A stretch of 64,000 nt of DNA, from assembly GCA_934168245.1 (NCBI GenBank), contig CAKPMY010000001.1, positions 68,761-132,760 of the forward strand, written 5' to 3'. This document shows, in pieces, positions 40,067 through 50,497 of this stretch. Made by a program: the position numbers and the translations under genes. Below the pieces are notes generated by a model, which ran no database searches, was not told the DNA's origin, and saw nothing but the letters and a program-made list of their open reading frames with translations. Position 1 is the first letter of the stretch. Each line of letters starts with the position of its first letter. Origin of the DNA: an uncultured Bacilli bacterium. GTDB taxonomy: Bacteria > Bacillota_I > Bacilli_A > RF39 > UBA660.

Positions 40067-42196
40067 CTACATCGACTTCCTTTCTGATATTTCAACCATC
40101 TTTGCATTACTAAGCATTGTATCCCCATGTACTCTAGAATAAGACAAATATCCATTCATTCTATCAATTTTAGTTAAATCACTACTACCACACTTAGGAC
40201 ATACATCCATATCTAACTCCTCATGTCCACAACTATTACAATAAGCCAGACTCAAATTAACTCCTTCATAAAAACCTAGCTCCATTGCCCTTTCTATATA
40301 AGTAAGCATAGCCTCATTATTATAACTTAAATTATAACGTACATATTGAATACGTCCACCCTTAAATAATTCCCAAAAACGATTCTCTAAATCCTGTTTT
40401 TCAATACCAGTAATATCTTCCCATACTCCACAATGGAAACTATTAGAAACATACTCTCTCGAACTTACTCCTTCAATAACTCCATACTTCTTTCTAAATT
40501 GTTTAATCTGCAATCCACATAAATTCTCAGCGGGAGTACCATATATTGCATATAAAACATGATCTTCTTCTTTAAACTCTAATATCTTCTTATTAATATA
40601 TTTTAAAACCTCTAAAGCAAACTCCCCATCTTCAACAATACTCTTTCCATTATATAAAACTTGTAACTCATTCAAAGCCGTTATTCCAAAAGATGCTGTT
40701 GAAGATTTAAGTATTGGTTCTATTGCCTCCTCTGGTTTTAAATTACCTCCATAAAATCCTCCCTGACAATAAGCAAGAGGATTAGTAGAAGCCTTTCTCT
40801 TCGCCAAATATCTATAAGTCCTAATATGAACCCTTCTAATCATTTCCAAATAATAATCTAAAACTTCATAAAAGTCTCTTTGCTCTTCTCTAGCCTTTGC
40901 TAAAATCATCGGTAAATGTAATGACACCGCTCCTATATTAAATCTTCCTATAAAAACTGGTTTATCATTTTTATCTTCAGGATTCATTCCGCCTCTTTCA
41001 TACCAAGGAGATAAAAATGCCCTACATCCCATCGGACTAACAACTCTTTTATATTTTTTATACATCTCACAGACATAACCTTCTCCAGTTAATGATAAAT
41101 AATCTGGATACATTGTCTTTTGACTACACTTGATCGCTGCTAAAAAATTATCTCTTAACTCGCCACCCTTACCATGCAATTTCTTATCATATAAAAATAC
41201 TAATTTAGGAAACAAAGTCGGTCTTTTAAATCCCTTCTTCCCCTGTCCTTCTCTATGTACATCTAATATAACCCTACTAATAAGTTTCGCATAAGGATCC
41301 GTATCAATTCCAAATGAAAAAGTCACAAACGGATAATCTCCTCTACTAGAACTAACTGTATTAAGTTTATATTCTATTCCTTGGTACCCTTGTTCACATT
41401 CTCTTTTTACTTTCTCCCAAGCATATTTATCTGCTTCATCTTTAAAAGTATCTCCCTTAATATCCAAATACTCATTATAATATTTTTTATAAGTCATCTT
41501 TGCATATTTTTTAAGTATTGTATCAACCTCAGGTACTGTAAATCCACCATACTGCATAGCCGTAGTATTAATAATAACATCACCCATAACATTAAAAGCT
41601 GTCTGTAATGTCTTAGGTTCTGTATACCATATATTACTCATCTCAAACCCATCTTTTAATACATTAGCCATATCAAATAAACAACAATTCATCGTATCAC
41701 GTCTTGCACTCATATCATGTATATAAATATACCCATCTTTACAAGCCTCTATCTCATTAGCCGTTAAAAAGAATTTCTTATAAAGTTCTTTATTCAAACT
41801 ATTATAAATCAAACATCTCTGTGTAGTAACTAAAGCACTATCCATATTAGCACATTCTTTATCTCCAATATAAGTAATTACTTGTGCCTTTTTATATACT
41901 TTATCCAATATATGAACTATCTCTTTTTTATAATCTCTATATTCTCTATAACTTCTCGCAACTATTGGATTAATCTGCTCTAAAGCTGCCTCTACAAAAT
42001 TATGTACTTGTTCTACACTAGGATTAGTAGTCTGTGTATTAATCATATCTTTAACTATTAAAACAATTTTTTCAACTGCCTCATCTGTTAAATTAACCAT
42101 TACTCTCTCAGTGCTAGTCTTAACAGCCTTTCTTATTCTATCTGCATCAAACTTCTCTAAATTACCATTTCTTTTTACTATCTTAATCTCTTGCAT
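40067..42196 (-). CDS. nrdD: Anaerobic ribonucleoside-triphosphate reductase (class III), paralogue 2, 709 aa
   Basis: ATP-cone (IVKRNGNLEKFDADRI), CNSCGHE...CPKCGS zinc ribbon and RMNGYLS glycyl-radical region. Confidence 0.9.
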   Translation of the reverse strand: MQEIKIVKRNGNLEKFDADRIRKAVKTSTERVMVNLTDEAVEKIVLIVKDMINTQTTNPSVEQVHNFVEAALEQINPIVARSYREYRDYKKEIVHILDKVYKKAQVITYIGDKECANMDSALVTTQRCLIYNSLNKELYKKFFLTANEIEACKDGYIYIHDMSARRDTMNCCLFDMANVLKDGFEMSNIWYTEPKTLQTAFNVMGDVIINTTAMQYGGFTVPEVDTILKKYAKMTYKKYYNEYLDIKGDTFKDEADKYAWEKVKRECEQGYQGIEYKLNTVSSSRGDYPFVTFSFGIDTDPYAKLISRVILDVHREGQGKKGFKRPTLFPKLVFLYDKKLHGKGGELRDNFLAAIKCSQKTMYPDYLSLTGEGYVCEMYKKYKRVVSPMGCRAFLSPWYERGGMNPEDKNDKPVFIGRFNIGAVSLHLPMILAKAREEQRDFYEVLDYYLEMIRRVHIRTYRYLAKRKASTNPLAYCQGGFYGGNLKPEEAIEPILKSSTASFGITALNELQVLYNGKSIVEDGEFALEVLKYINKKILEFKEEDHVLYAIYGTPAENLCGLQIKQFRKKYGVIEGVSSREYVSNSFHCGVWEDITGIEKQDLENRFWELFKGGRIQYVRYNLSYNNEAMLTYIERAMELGFYEGVNLSLAYCNSCGHEELDMDVCPKCGSSDLTKIDRMNGYLSYSRVHGDTMLSNAKMVEISERKSM

Positions 42197-42251
42197 AATT
42201 ACTTCTCCTACTCTATGTATAAAATTCTATCTTAATAAAAAAAATATTACT

Positions 42252-42265
42252 GTTGCATTTGCAAC
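42252..42265. promoter_or_regulatory. 14-bp perfect palindrome GTTGCA-TT-TGCAAC in the divergent nrdD2 / crp-fnr intergenic region (candidate operator)
   Basis: Read directly; located 56 nt from the nrdD2 start and 45 nt from the regulator start. Confidence 0.3.
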
Positions 42266-42309
42266 TAATACAAAAATTTGCTAAAATAAAAATACAAGGA
42301 CTGATTAAA

Positions 42310-42933
42310 ATGATTGAAACTATTGAAAAAGACAAACTCATTTACTTTAAAAAAAACTTGTCAAACTGTGTCAATGTCTCTAAAAAGGTATACACTAACA
42401 AACAATTAATAATAAGTAACTTTTCTACTAAAAAACAAATTGGTTTTATAACTTATGGAAAAGCCTCTATTATCAAAACTGACATCAATGGTAACACCAC
42501 TATTATGAGGGAATTAAAAGAGGATGACATCTTCTCTAATTTATTTTTTCAACACTCTGAAGATGAAATTTATATTATTAGTAATAATGAAACTGAAGTA
42601 ATTTTTATTGACTACTATACTATCTTAAAAAATTGTAATAAAGGTTGTCCCTTCCACAATAACTTAGTAATTACTCTTTTCGATTTACTTATAAAGGATA
42701 ATCGTAAACAAAATGAAAAAATAGAACTCTTATCTCAAAAAACAGTTCGTGATAAAATACTCTATTTCTTAAAACAAAGAATGAACAAGGACAACATTTT
42801 TAAAGTAACAACCTCATACAAAGCCATTGCTGAATACATCGTCGTAGATAGAAGTAACTTAATGCGTGAATTAAACAAACTAGAAAAAGAAAACCTCATC
42901 GAAAGAAATAAAAATACCATCAAAATAAAATAG
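42310..42933 (+). CDS. CRP/FNR-family transcriptional regulator (cNMP-binding-like domain + C-terminal HTH)
   Basis: C-terminal YKAIAEYIVVDRSNLMRELNKLEKENLI HTH typical of the Crp/Fnr family. Start is at an internal Met with an AAGGA RBS. Confidence 0.65.
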   Translation: MIETIEKDKLIYFKKNLSNCVNVSKKVYTNKQLIISNFSTKKQIGFITYGKASIIKTDINGNTTIMRELKEDDIFSNLFFQHSEDEIYIISNNETEVIFIDYYTILKNCNKGCPFHNNLVITLFDLLIKDNRKQNEKIELLSQKTVRDKILYFLKQRMNKDNIFKVTTSYKAIAEYIVVDRSNLMRELNKLEKENLIERNKNTIKIK

Positions 42934-42989
42934 AAGTCTCTCATAAAGTTTAATATTATGAAAGTCTTCTATTTTTCTTTTTCTAAATC

Positions 42990-44207
42990 CTAATCTACTA
43001 CTACTATAGTCTCTATAGTTCCAACATTACCAACTTCATCATAGGCCTTTATTATAACTCTTTTGCCTTCAGCACTAGTCGAATCAGTAAAAGGTGAAGT
43101 ATAAAAGTAATGATATGTATTATCACAAGTAGAACTAGCATTGCCAGAATCATTTTCACACCATGCCCTAAGAAGAACATTTAGAAATGTTCCAACCGCT
43201 CTAATCTCATACTTTTTTTCAACATTATCTCCGTCCGGATAAGTATAAGTCCATTTAACGATACCAGAACCATTTTCTTCGAAATCTACTTTTAGATACC
43301 TATAAGTAGCAATGTATGGTTTCAATTCAAGCGATGTTACACTTTTCAACTTAGGCGGTTCATTATCAAAAAGCAACTCTCCAGAAGCAACATTATCAGT
43401 ATAGGAATTTCCATTTATATCTACCATTCGTATTGGTTTCGCAATCAAATAAAGTCTACCTGTAACACCTTGTAAGATTACAGTTCTCTCCATTTGTTTT
43501 GTGCCTGCTGAATTACCAAATGAGATTGCACCAGCAGTACCAGCAACCTGATTATTACCAGCAGCATCTGTAGCCAAGTAATAAGAAACAACCGTATTAG
43601 CCGCAAAACTATCATCGGAAGTAACCTTTATAGTAGCTTTTCTATTCCTCTTCCAAGTACTTCCATCTTCTGGTGAAATTGAAATTGTAAAATTACCAGT
43701 ACCTATTACAACAGTACCACCACCTCCGGAGCCGCCAGAACCGCCTCCTCCGCCAGGAGTTTCGCCACCACCAGGACTTGCTCCACCTGGGCAAACCTCT
43801 AAATGATCTGTTTGATACTCAACTTTTCCAGAACTAGAAACACACTTCAAAAACACTTTATAAGTATCTACACCATTTTTTCTTACAACATGGACATAAG
43901 TCTGATTATTATCACAAGTTATTCCTCCTGTTAAATAATCCTTTGCTAAAGTCTTGGCCTTTAATTCCGAAAAAGGAATATCAGCACATCCAGTAGTAGC
44001 ATACCCAAACAAATCTGGACTATTAGAGTCAACATAAAGTTTTGCTGAATCTTTCAACGTATCTCCATAAGTAATAAACTTCTGTAATCTATTTTTTGCC
44101 TGTAACTGTTGTACCTCTGGTAAAGCCAAAATAGATATAAGTCCCATAATTGTTATAGTAACTAAAACTTCAACTAAAGTAAAACCTTTATTATTTATTC
44201 TCTTCAT
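42990..44207 (-). CDS. Type IV pilin-like protein (prepilin-type N-terminal cleavage/methylation domain), large (405 aa) with Gly-rich linker
   Basis: MKRINNKGFTLVEVLVTITIMGLISILALP: G/FTLVE prepilin peptidase site with Glu at +5. PGGGETPGGGGGSGGSGGGG linker. No pilB/pilC/pilT in the window. Confidence 0.6.
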   Translation of the reverse strand: MKRINNKGFTLVEVLVTITIMGLISILALPEVQQLQAKNRLQKFITYGDTLKDSAKLYVDSNSPDLFGYATTGCADIPFSELKAKTLAKDYLTGGITCDNNQTYVHVVRKNGVDTYKVFLKCVSSSGKVEYQTDHLEVCPGGASPGGGETPGGGGGSGGSGGGGTVVIGTGNFTISISPEDGSTWKRNRKATIKVTSDDSFAANTVVSYYLATDAAGNNQVAGTAGAISFGNSAGTKQMERTVILQGVTGRLYLIAKPIRMVDINGNSYTDNVASGELLFDNEPPKLKSVTSLELKPYIATYRYLKVDFEENGSGIVKWTYTYPDGDNVEKKYEIRAVGTFLNVLLRAWCENDSGNASSTCDNTYHYFYTSPFTDSTSAEGKRVIIKAYDEVGNVGTIETIVVVD

Positions 44208-44280
44208 AAATAAAACACACCCTTTATCCTAAAGTAATTATAACATAAAAAAATATGTACACAAATACATATTTTTATTA

Positions 44281-45882
44281 TTACATAAATAAACCAGTAA
44301 CTCCAACAAACAACACAATAATAAAGAATGCTAAGAATAACAAATAAATAAACTTAAGGAAACCATAAGAATAACATCTCTTAACTTTACCATCGATTGT
44401 CATTGTATAAACTTCAATATAAGGAACAGGACTACGTTTATACCAACCTTTTACCAAAACTTTCTTCCCAAAATACTTACTAGATCTAAATAAAGCAAAT
44501 AATTTATTAATTATAAATAAAGGTTGATCATAATCTAAAAACACAATACCAGTATCATCTCTAATTACAAAATCCTCATTAAGTATACATCCAGGATTAC
44601 CTCTACCTATTATTTCTCCTTCTATAACACAAGGAATAGCCCTTACTCCAGATACTTTAACTTCTCCTAATAATTCAGAAACAGTCGTTTCCTTATAATT
44701 CCTATTTGGATGAGCCTTACTAAAAGTTACAAATACTGCTGCCATAATTAAAGTTCCACAAATACCAAATGCAAGCAACATATCCCATTCATTAATTCCA
44801 AATAGAATAAATACACCTACTGAAACTAAAAATGCTAAGAATGGTAAATATTTTATAATTACTTCAACAATAAAGTCATCTACAAATGATTCATCTTGTT
44901 TTAAATCAAACTCAATATAAGGTTCTAATCCATATTCTTTACTCATTTTAGATAATGCCAATAATCTTCTTGATATTAATGGATGTGTAGAATTTAATTG
45001 ATACCACTTAGCCCAAACATTCCACATTTCCCACTTCATAGCATTCTTAATTCTATCTTTAGAAACTTCTCCATTATTATAACTAGTAACAATAAGAGTC
45101 TTAGAAGTCCTAGCATCAAAAATACCAAGTGTATTCTTACTTGCTACTGAAACTTTTCCTTCTCTAGTAGTATTAGCACTAAGTCCATATCCTATCTTTA
45201 CTAAAGCCGATGCTAATAAATTAGGATTTTTTAATTCTTCCGCAGCAAAACTATCTGCATAATATTCTCTAACTCTAGATAACCATAAAATTATATACTG
45301 GCAAATTATATATAAAATATAAGCAACATATCCAATAACTGCTAATTTAGAAGAATCATTATCTCCATCACTAGATGCAAAGAACTCATAAACTGAATAT
45401 AAAACTAAAGGTACTAATTGAGCAACAGTCATAAATAACATATCATAATGTACTGCATGTCCCATCTCATGAGCAACTACAGCTTTAACTTCATCTTCAC
45501 TAAGTAGTTCAAAAACACCTCTCGTTAAAATAATTCTAGCATCATTCTTAGTATGTCCATAAGTAAAAGCATTAGGAGCCCCATCATCAATATATCCAAT
45601 TCTAGGATATTTCATATCATGTTCTTGACATATTTTTTCTATAAATTCTTTTAAGTATGCTGGCATCTCTCTATCAAATTTAGCCCGATATAACCATCTC
45701 ATTGTTAAATCAGTTAAAAATGGTGATATTAAAAATTGAATAATTAAAACAATTATACTAGCAATCAATGCATATAAAACCGGAAACTCACATACCATAC
45801 AAACCGCTATTGCCACTATGACTAAAATACCATATAAGCATGAAATTGTAATAAGTGATATTCCTGCCAATCCCTTTTTCAT
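44281..45882 (-). CDS. M48-family (HtpX/Ste24-like) zinc metallopeptidase, polytopic membrane protein with extra C-terminal domain, 533 aa
   Basis: VVAHEMGHAVHYD (HExxH) between TM helices, with additional TM helices and a ~200-aa C-terminal region. Confidence 0.7.
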   Translation of the reverse strand: MKKGLAGISLITISCLYGILVIVAIAVCMVCEFPVLYALIASIIVLIIQFLISPFLTDLTMRWLYRAKFDREMPAYLKEFIEKICQEHDMKYPRIGYIDDGAPNAFTYGHTKNDARIILTRGVFELLSEDEVKAVVAHEMGHAVHYDMLFMTVAQLVPLVLYSVYEFFASSDGDNDSSKLAVIGYVAYILYIICQYIILWLSRVREYYADSFAAEELKNPNLLASALVKIGYGLSANTTREGKVSVASKNTLGIFDARTSKTLIVTSYNNGEVSKDRIKNAMKWEMWNVWAKWYQLNSTHPLISRRLLALSKMSKEYGLEPYIEFDLKQDESFVDDFIVEVIIKYLPFLAFLVSVGVFILFGINEWDMLLAFGICGTLIMAAVFVTFSKAHPNRNYKETTVSELLGEVKVSGVRAIPCVIEGEIIGRGNPGCILNEDFVIRDDTGIVFLDYDQPLFIINKLFALFRSSKYFGKKVLVKGWYKRSPVPYIEVYTMTIDGKVKRCYSYGFLKFIYLLFLAFFIIVLFVGVTGLFM

Positions 45883-45974
45883 AAATAAGCACCTCTCTCT
45901 ATATTAAGAATAGCATAAACTTTTTCATAAAATTACAACAAAAAAGAAAAAAAGTAAAGTTTTACACAACTTTA

Positions 45975-48131
45975 CTATCTAGGTAATAAACTCAAACTAA
46001 CTTTACCTTTTTCTAATGAAATATCATCTACATAACAATCAACTATATCTCCAACACTAACTACTTCACTAGGATGTTTAATATACTTAGTTGTAAGTTT
46101 AGAAATATGAGCAAGTCCATCATTATGAAGTCCAATATCTATAAATGCTCCAAAGTCAACTACATTTCTAACTGTACCTTGTAACTTCATACCAATAGAT
46201 AAATCTTTAATATCTAAAACATCACTCTTAAGTAATGGTTGTGGCATTTCATCTCTAGGATCTAGATTAGGTTTCTTTAAGGAAGCAATAACATCTTCTA
46301 AAGTATAAATATCAGTACCAATCTTATCTTTATATTCTTCTAAATTAATACTATCAAGTTTCTTAATTAACTCATCCTTACCAATCATATCCATACTACA
46401 ACCTAAATCACTTAGTATCTTTAATGCAACATCATAACTTTCTGGATGAATTGCTGTTGAATCTAAAATATTATCTCCATCAACCACTCTTAAAAAACCA
46501 ATTGCTTGTTCATAAGCCTTATCAGATAATAATTTCTTCTTTCTTATCTCATCTCTAGAAGTAATTTTACCTATTTTTTCACGATACTCAATTATCTTTT
46601 CAATTGCCTTCTTCGTAATACCAGATACATACTTTAATAATGAAGGAGAGGCCGTATTAATATTAACACCAACACTATTTACACACTTCTCAACTACAAA
46701 GTCTAATGAACTAGATAATTTCTTCTGTGAAACGTCATGTTGATATAATCCAACTCCAATACCATCTGGTGGAATTTTTACAAGTTCAGCCAAAGGATCT
46801 TGAAGCCTTCTACCTATACTAACTGCACTTCTCTTTTCAACTGCTAAATCAGGAAACTCCTCTATCGCAATAGGAGAAGCACTATAAATAGAAGCACCAG
46901 CCTCAGATACAATTACATACTTACAATCTAAATTATATTCCTTAATCATATCAGCACAAAACTTCTCAGATTCACGCGAAGCCGTACCATTACCAATCGC
47001 AATAATTGATACATTATATCTCTTTATAAGTTGTACTACAACCTCTTTAGATAAACGAACTCTCTCTTCTGTATTACCATTTAAAAATGGTTTAATAACA
47101 GTCGAATCTAAATACTTTCCATTCTTATCAACAACAGCCAACTTACATCCATTAACAAAACCTGGATCAAATGCTAAAACTACTCTTTCTTTCATAGGCG
47201 GAGTTAAAAGTAAAGCCTCTAAATTCTTTCCAAAATTATCAATAGCAGCCTCTTCTCCTACCTCAGTTAAATCACTTCTAATCTCCCTTTCAATAGAAGG
47301 TTCAATTAATCTCTTATAAGAATCAAGTATTGCCTCTTTTACAGTATCAACTACAAAAGACTTATCATTCTTAATAATCTTCTTTTCTAAATAAGATAAA
47401 ACTCCTTCTTTATCTATATCAATACTAACACTAAGTACCTTTTCATTTTCTCCTCTATTTAAAGCAAGTATTCTATGTGGCTTAATATATTTAACCGGTT
47501 CTTGATAAGAATAATACATCTCATATATTTTAGTACTATCTATATCTTCCCCTTTTTTCTTAGTAGAACTAATAATACCATTCTTATAAAAATAACTACG
47601 TATCCATTTACGATAACTAGCATTATCACTAATCCATTCAGCAATAATATACTTAGCCCCTTCAATACATTTCTCTACTGGTAAATCCTCTTTTACAAAC
47701 TTACTCGCTAAGTCTTCTAAATTACCATTCATAGGAAAACTCATAATCATCTTTGCCAAAGGTTCAAGTCCTAAAGCAATAGCCTCAGTAGCCTTAGTCT
47801 TCTTTTTCTCTTTATATGGTCTATATAAATCTTCTACTTCTACTAATTTACTACATTTCAAAATAGAATCTCTTAATTCATCAGTAAGAAGTCCCTTCTC
47901 ATCTATTAAACGTATAACATCTTCTTTACGTTTTAATAAATTAACTTGGTATTCATAAACCTCATTAATTTTTCTAATCTCTTCTTCATCTAAAGCCCCA
48001 GTAGCCTCTTTTCTATACCGCGCTATAAAAGGTATAGTATTACCCCCACTAAGTAACTCTAATACTACTGTAACTTGTTTAGTACTAACTCCCAAGTCAT
48101 TAGCAATCTCATTAATAATCATTTCATTCAT
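45975..48131 (-). CDS. tex: Transcription accessory protein Tex (YqgF/HhH/S1 domains)
   Basis: N-terminal ...TIPFIARYRKEATG... Tex signature, ~718 aa, C-terminal S1 domain (GTVRNVVDFGAFIDIG). Confidence 0.85.
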   Translation of the reverse strand: MNEMIINEIANDLGVSTKQVTVVLELLSGGNTIPFIARYRKEATGALDEEEIRKINEVYEYQVNLLKRKEDVIRLIDEKGLLTDELRDSILKCSKLVEVEDLYRPYKEKKKTKATEAIALGLEPLAKMIMSFPMNGNLEDLASKFVKEDLPVEKCIEGAKYIIAEWISDNASYRKWIRSYFYKNGIISSTKKKGEDIDSTKIYEMYYSYQEPVKYIKPHRILALNRGENEKVLSVSIDIDKEGVLSYLEKKIIKNDKSFVVDTVKEAILDSYKRLIEPSIEREIRSDLTEVGEEAAIDNFGKNLEALLLTPPMKERVVLAFDPGFVNGCKLAVVDKNGKYLDSTVIKPFLNGNTEERVRLSKEVVVQLIKRYNVSIIAIGNGTASRESEKFCADMIKEYNLDCKYVIVSEAGASIYSASPIAIEEFPDLAVEKRSAVSIGRRLQDPLAELVKIPPDGIGVGLYQHDVSQKKLSSSLDFVVEKCVNSVGVNINTASPSLLKYVSGITKKAIEKIIEYREKIGKITSRDEIRKKKLLSDKAYEQAIGFLRVVDGDNILDSTAIHPESYDVALKILSDLGCSMDMIGKDELIKKLDSINLEEYKDKIGTDIYTLEDVIASLKKPNLDPRDEMPQPLLKSDVLDIKDLSIGMKLQGTVRNVVDFGAFIDIGLHNDGLAHISKLTTKYIKHPSEVVSVGDIVDCYVDDISLEKGKVSLSLLPR

Positions 48132-48198
48132 TATGTCTAACCTCTTTCAAATAGTATATTTTAATTATAACTCAAACTCTAAAAAGAAAAAAGGGAGT

Positions 48199-50433
48199 TT
48201 ACACTCCCTTCATAATTTTAATAGCGACATCATAAGCATTTTCTAAGTCTACAAAATGTTTATCTATATATTCCTTATCCCCATCTTTACTTTTTAATTC
48301 ATGTAAGAAACTAATATTAGCCAACTTAGTAAATCCTAAATACTTACAATCACTCTTTAATGAATGTACTTCTATAGAATAATTAGCCAAATCTCCTTCT
48401 TCTTTATATTTCTTTATATTTGCCCATTTACTATCTATTGAATTTAAGAAGTCTTTTAATGTAACTTCATACATATTCATATCTCCTAGTAATTCTAAAG
48501 CCTTATCTACTTGTACCCCATTCTTTCTCAAATACTCTTCTTTTGTCTCTGATCCTTTATCTATTTCACTATTCTCAACTACTGTAACTGTCGATACTTC
48601 TTCTTCTTTTTCTTTTAATACTGAACTAAGTACTCTAACTAATTCATCTTTTTCTATTGGTTTAGCCAAATAATCACTAAATCCTAATTCCAAGTACTCT
48701 TCTTTTGCTCCTGAAATAGCATTTGCTGTTAAGGCTACTACTGGCACTATAAATCCTGGCATTTCTTTTAATTTTATAAATGTTTCTCTACCTGACATCT
48801 TAGGCATCATATCATCCATAAATATTAAATCATACTTTTCTCCCATACTAATCTTATCTAAACAATCAAATCCTGAATTAACACAAGTAATATTATTAGC
48901 CCCATGTTTTTCTAATAATTTAGATGCTACTTTTAAATTCAAGTTATTATCATCTACTAATAATATCTTTACGTCTTTTAAATCTACATCTTTCTTTATA
49001 ACTTTAGGTTTCTCTTCCTCTACTACTTCTGCAACTTTTACAATTTCTGTACTAATCTTCTGTGGTATCATAACTGTAAATTTTGTTCCTGATCCATATA
49101 CTGTATGAACTGCTATTTGTCCACCCATTAGTTCTACTAATTGTTTTGTAATTGCAAGTCCTAATCCGGTACCTTCTATAGTACTGTTTCTATCTTCATC
49201 AAGTCTTTGAAATTTAGAAAATAAGTTCTTAACAGCCTCTTGCTTAATACCTCTTCCTGAATCTTCTACCGCAACAACTAATTTAGTCATATCTTCTTCA
49301 TTAACACAAGTAACTTCGCATCTAACAAATCCTTTATCTGTATACTTAACTGCATTAGATAATAAATTAGATATAATTTTCTTAATATTATTAACATCTC
49401 CATATAAAGCCGGAGGAACGTCTGGTGCTATATAAGAAGAGAACTTAATACCCTTCTCAACTGCTTTAGGTTCAAACATACCAATAACTTCTTTTAATGT
49501 ACTTCTAGTATCATAAGAAATATTAACAAGTTCCAACTTACCAGACTCAATCTTAGAAATATCAAGTATACCATTAACTATTTCTAACAAAGTCTTAGAG
49601 GCATTAACAATATCTTTAGCATTTTCTTTAGCATCAGTCAAATTATTAGAATTAACTATACAATCACTAAATCCAACTATAGCATTCAAAGGAGTCCTAA
49701 TCTCATGTGACATACTAGATAAAAACTCAGTCTTAGCCCTATTAGCCCTATCAGCATCATCTTTAGCCTTTTCTAATTGTTCGACCATTTTCATATCTGG
49801 ATTTTCAATAGTAAAGTACATAACATAAATGGTTATAGAATGAACTGAAACCATTAATAAATATTCCGGCTTTAAAAATTGAATAACAGTAGCAATAGAA
49901 CCTAAAATAATTAAAGTTAATAATGGTATATACTTTTTCAAATTATTTCGATTAAAAGATAAGCAAATTTTCATAACAGACAAAGCCACATAAACAACAG
50001 TCAAAATATAAACCAAATAAACTGAAAAACCAGTCGGAATTACTAAATCTTTAGTATGTGTATATGACAATGGCAGACAAATTTCAATTAACACCAAAAA
50101 CAAGATGATATACTTATACATTTTATTTCTTTTTTCACGATTAGAAATAACATTAACATACATAGAAAAAAAAGATAACCAAAACACATAATATACTAAA
50201 ATTAATTTAGAACTCAATAAATATACAAATGAATTATAAGAAATATCCAAATTCAAAAGTACATAATTTACAATTTCAAACAAAGTGCCCAAGAAAGTAA
50301 ATACTAATAACTTTGAATATAGTCTTGTTTCTAAATGAGTAGAACGTTTTCTAGAAAAAAAGATAATAATCAAAATAAAAACATAAATAAAACCACAGAT
50401 TGTAAAAGTTATATTTGCCATATCACACATCAC
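48199..50433 (-). CDS. Hybrid sensor histidine kinase (multi-TM sensor, HisKA, HATPase_c, receiver, C-terminal HPt)
   Basis: H-box EFLSSMSHEIRTPLNAI, G-boxes (DSGRGI, GTGLGL), receiver ILLVDDN...DLIFMDDMMPKMSG and HPt-like HSLKSDCKYLGF. Confidence 0.8.
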   Translation of the reverse strand: MMCDMANITFTICGFIYVFILIIIFFSRKRSTHLETRLYSKLLVFTFLGTLFEIVNYVLLNLDISYNSFVYLLSSKLILVYYVFWLSFFSMYVNVISNREKRNKMYKYIILFLVLIEICLPLSYTHTKDLVIPTGFSVYLVYILTVVYVALSVMKICLSFNRNNLKKYIPLLTLIILGSIATVIQFLKPEYLLMVSVHSITIYVMYFTIENPDMKMVEQLEKAKDDADRANRAKTEFLSSMSHEIRTPLNAIVGFSDCIVNSNNLTDAKENAKDIVNASKTLLEIVNGILDISKIESGKLELVNISYDTRSTLKEVIGMFEPKAVEKGIKFSSYIAPDVPPALYGDVNNIKKIISNLLSNAVKYTDKGFVRCEVTCVNEEDMTKLVVAVEDSGRGIKQEAVKNLFSKFQRLDEDRNSTIEGTGLGLAITKQLVELMGGQIAVHTVYGSGTKFTVMIPQKISTEIVKVAEVVEEEKPKVIKKDVDLKDVKILLVDDNNLNLKVASKLLEKHGANNITCVNSGFDCLDKISMGEKYDLIFMDDMMPKMSGRETFIKLKEMPGFIVPVVALTANAISGAKEEYLELGFSDYLAKPIEKDELVRVLSSVLKEKEEEVSTVTVVENSEIDKGSETKEEYLRKNGVQVDKALELLGDMNMYEVTLKDFLNSIDSKWANIKKYKEEGDLANYSIEVHSLKSDCKYLGFTKLANISFLHELKSKDGDKEYIDKHFVDLENAYDVAIKIMKGV

Positions 50434-50497
50434 CCTATATTAAGTATAACACTCATACATAAATATTTCAAAATAAAAAAGAACAATAACCTCAACA

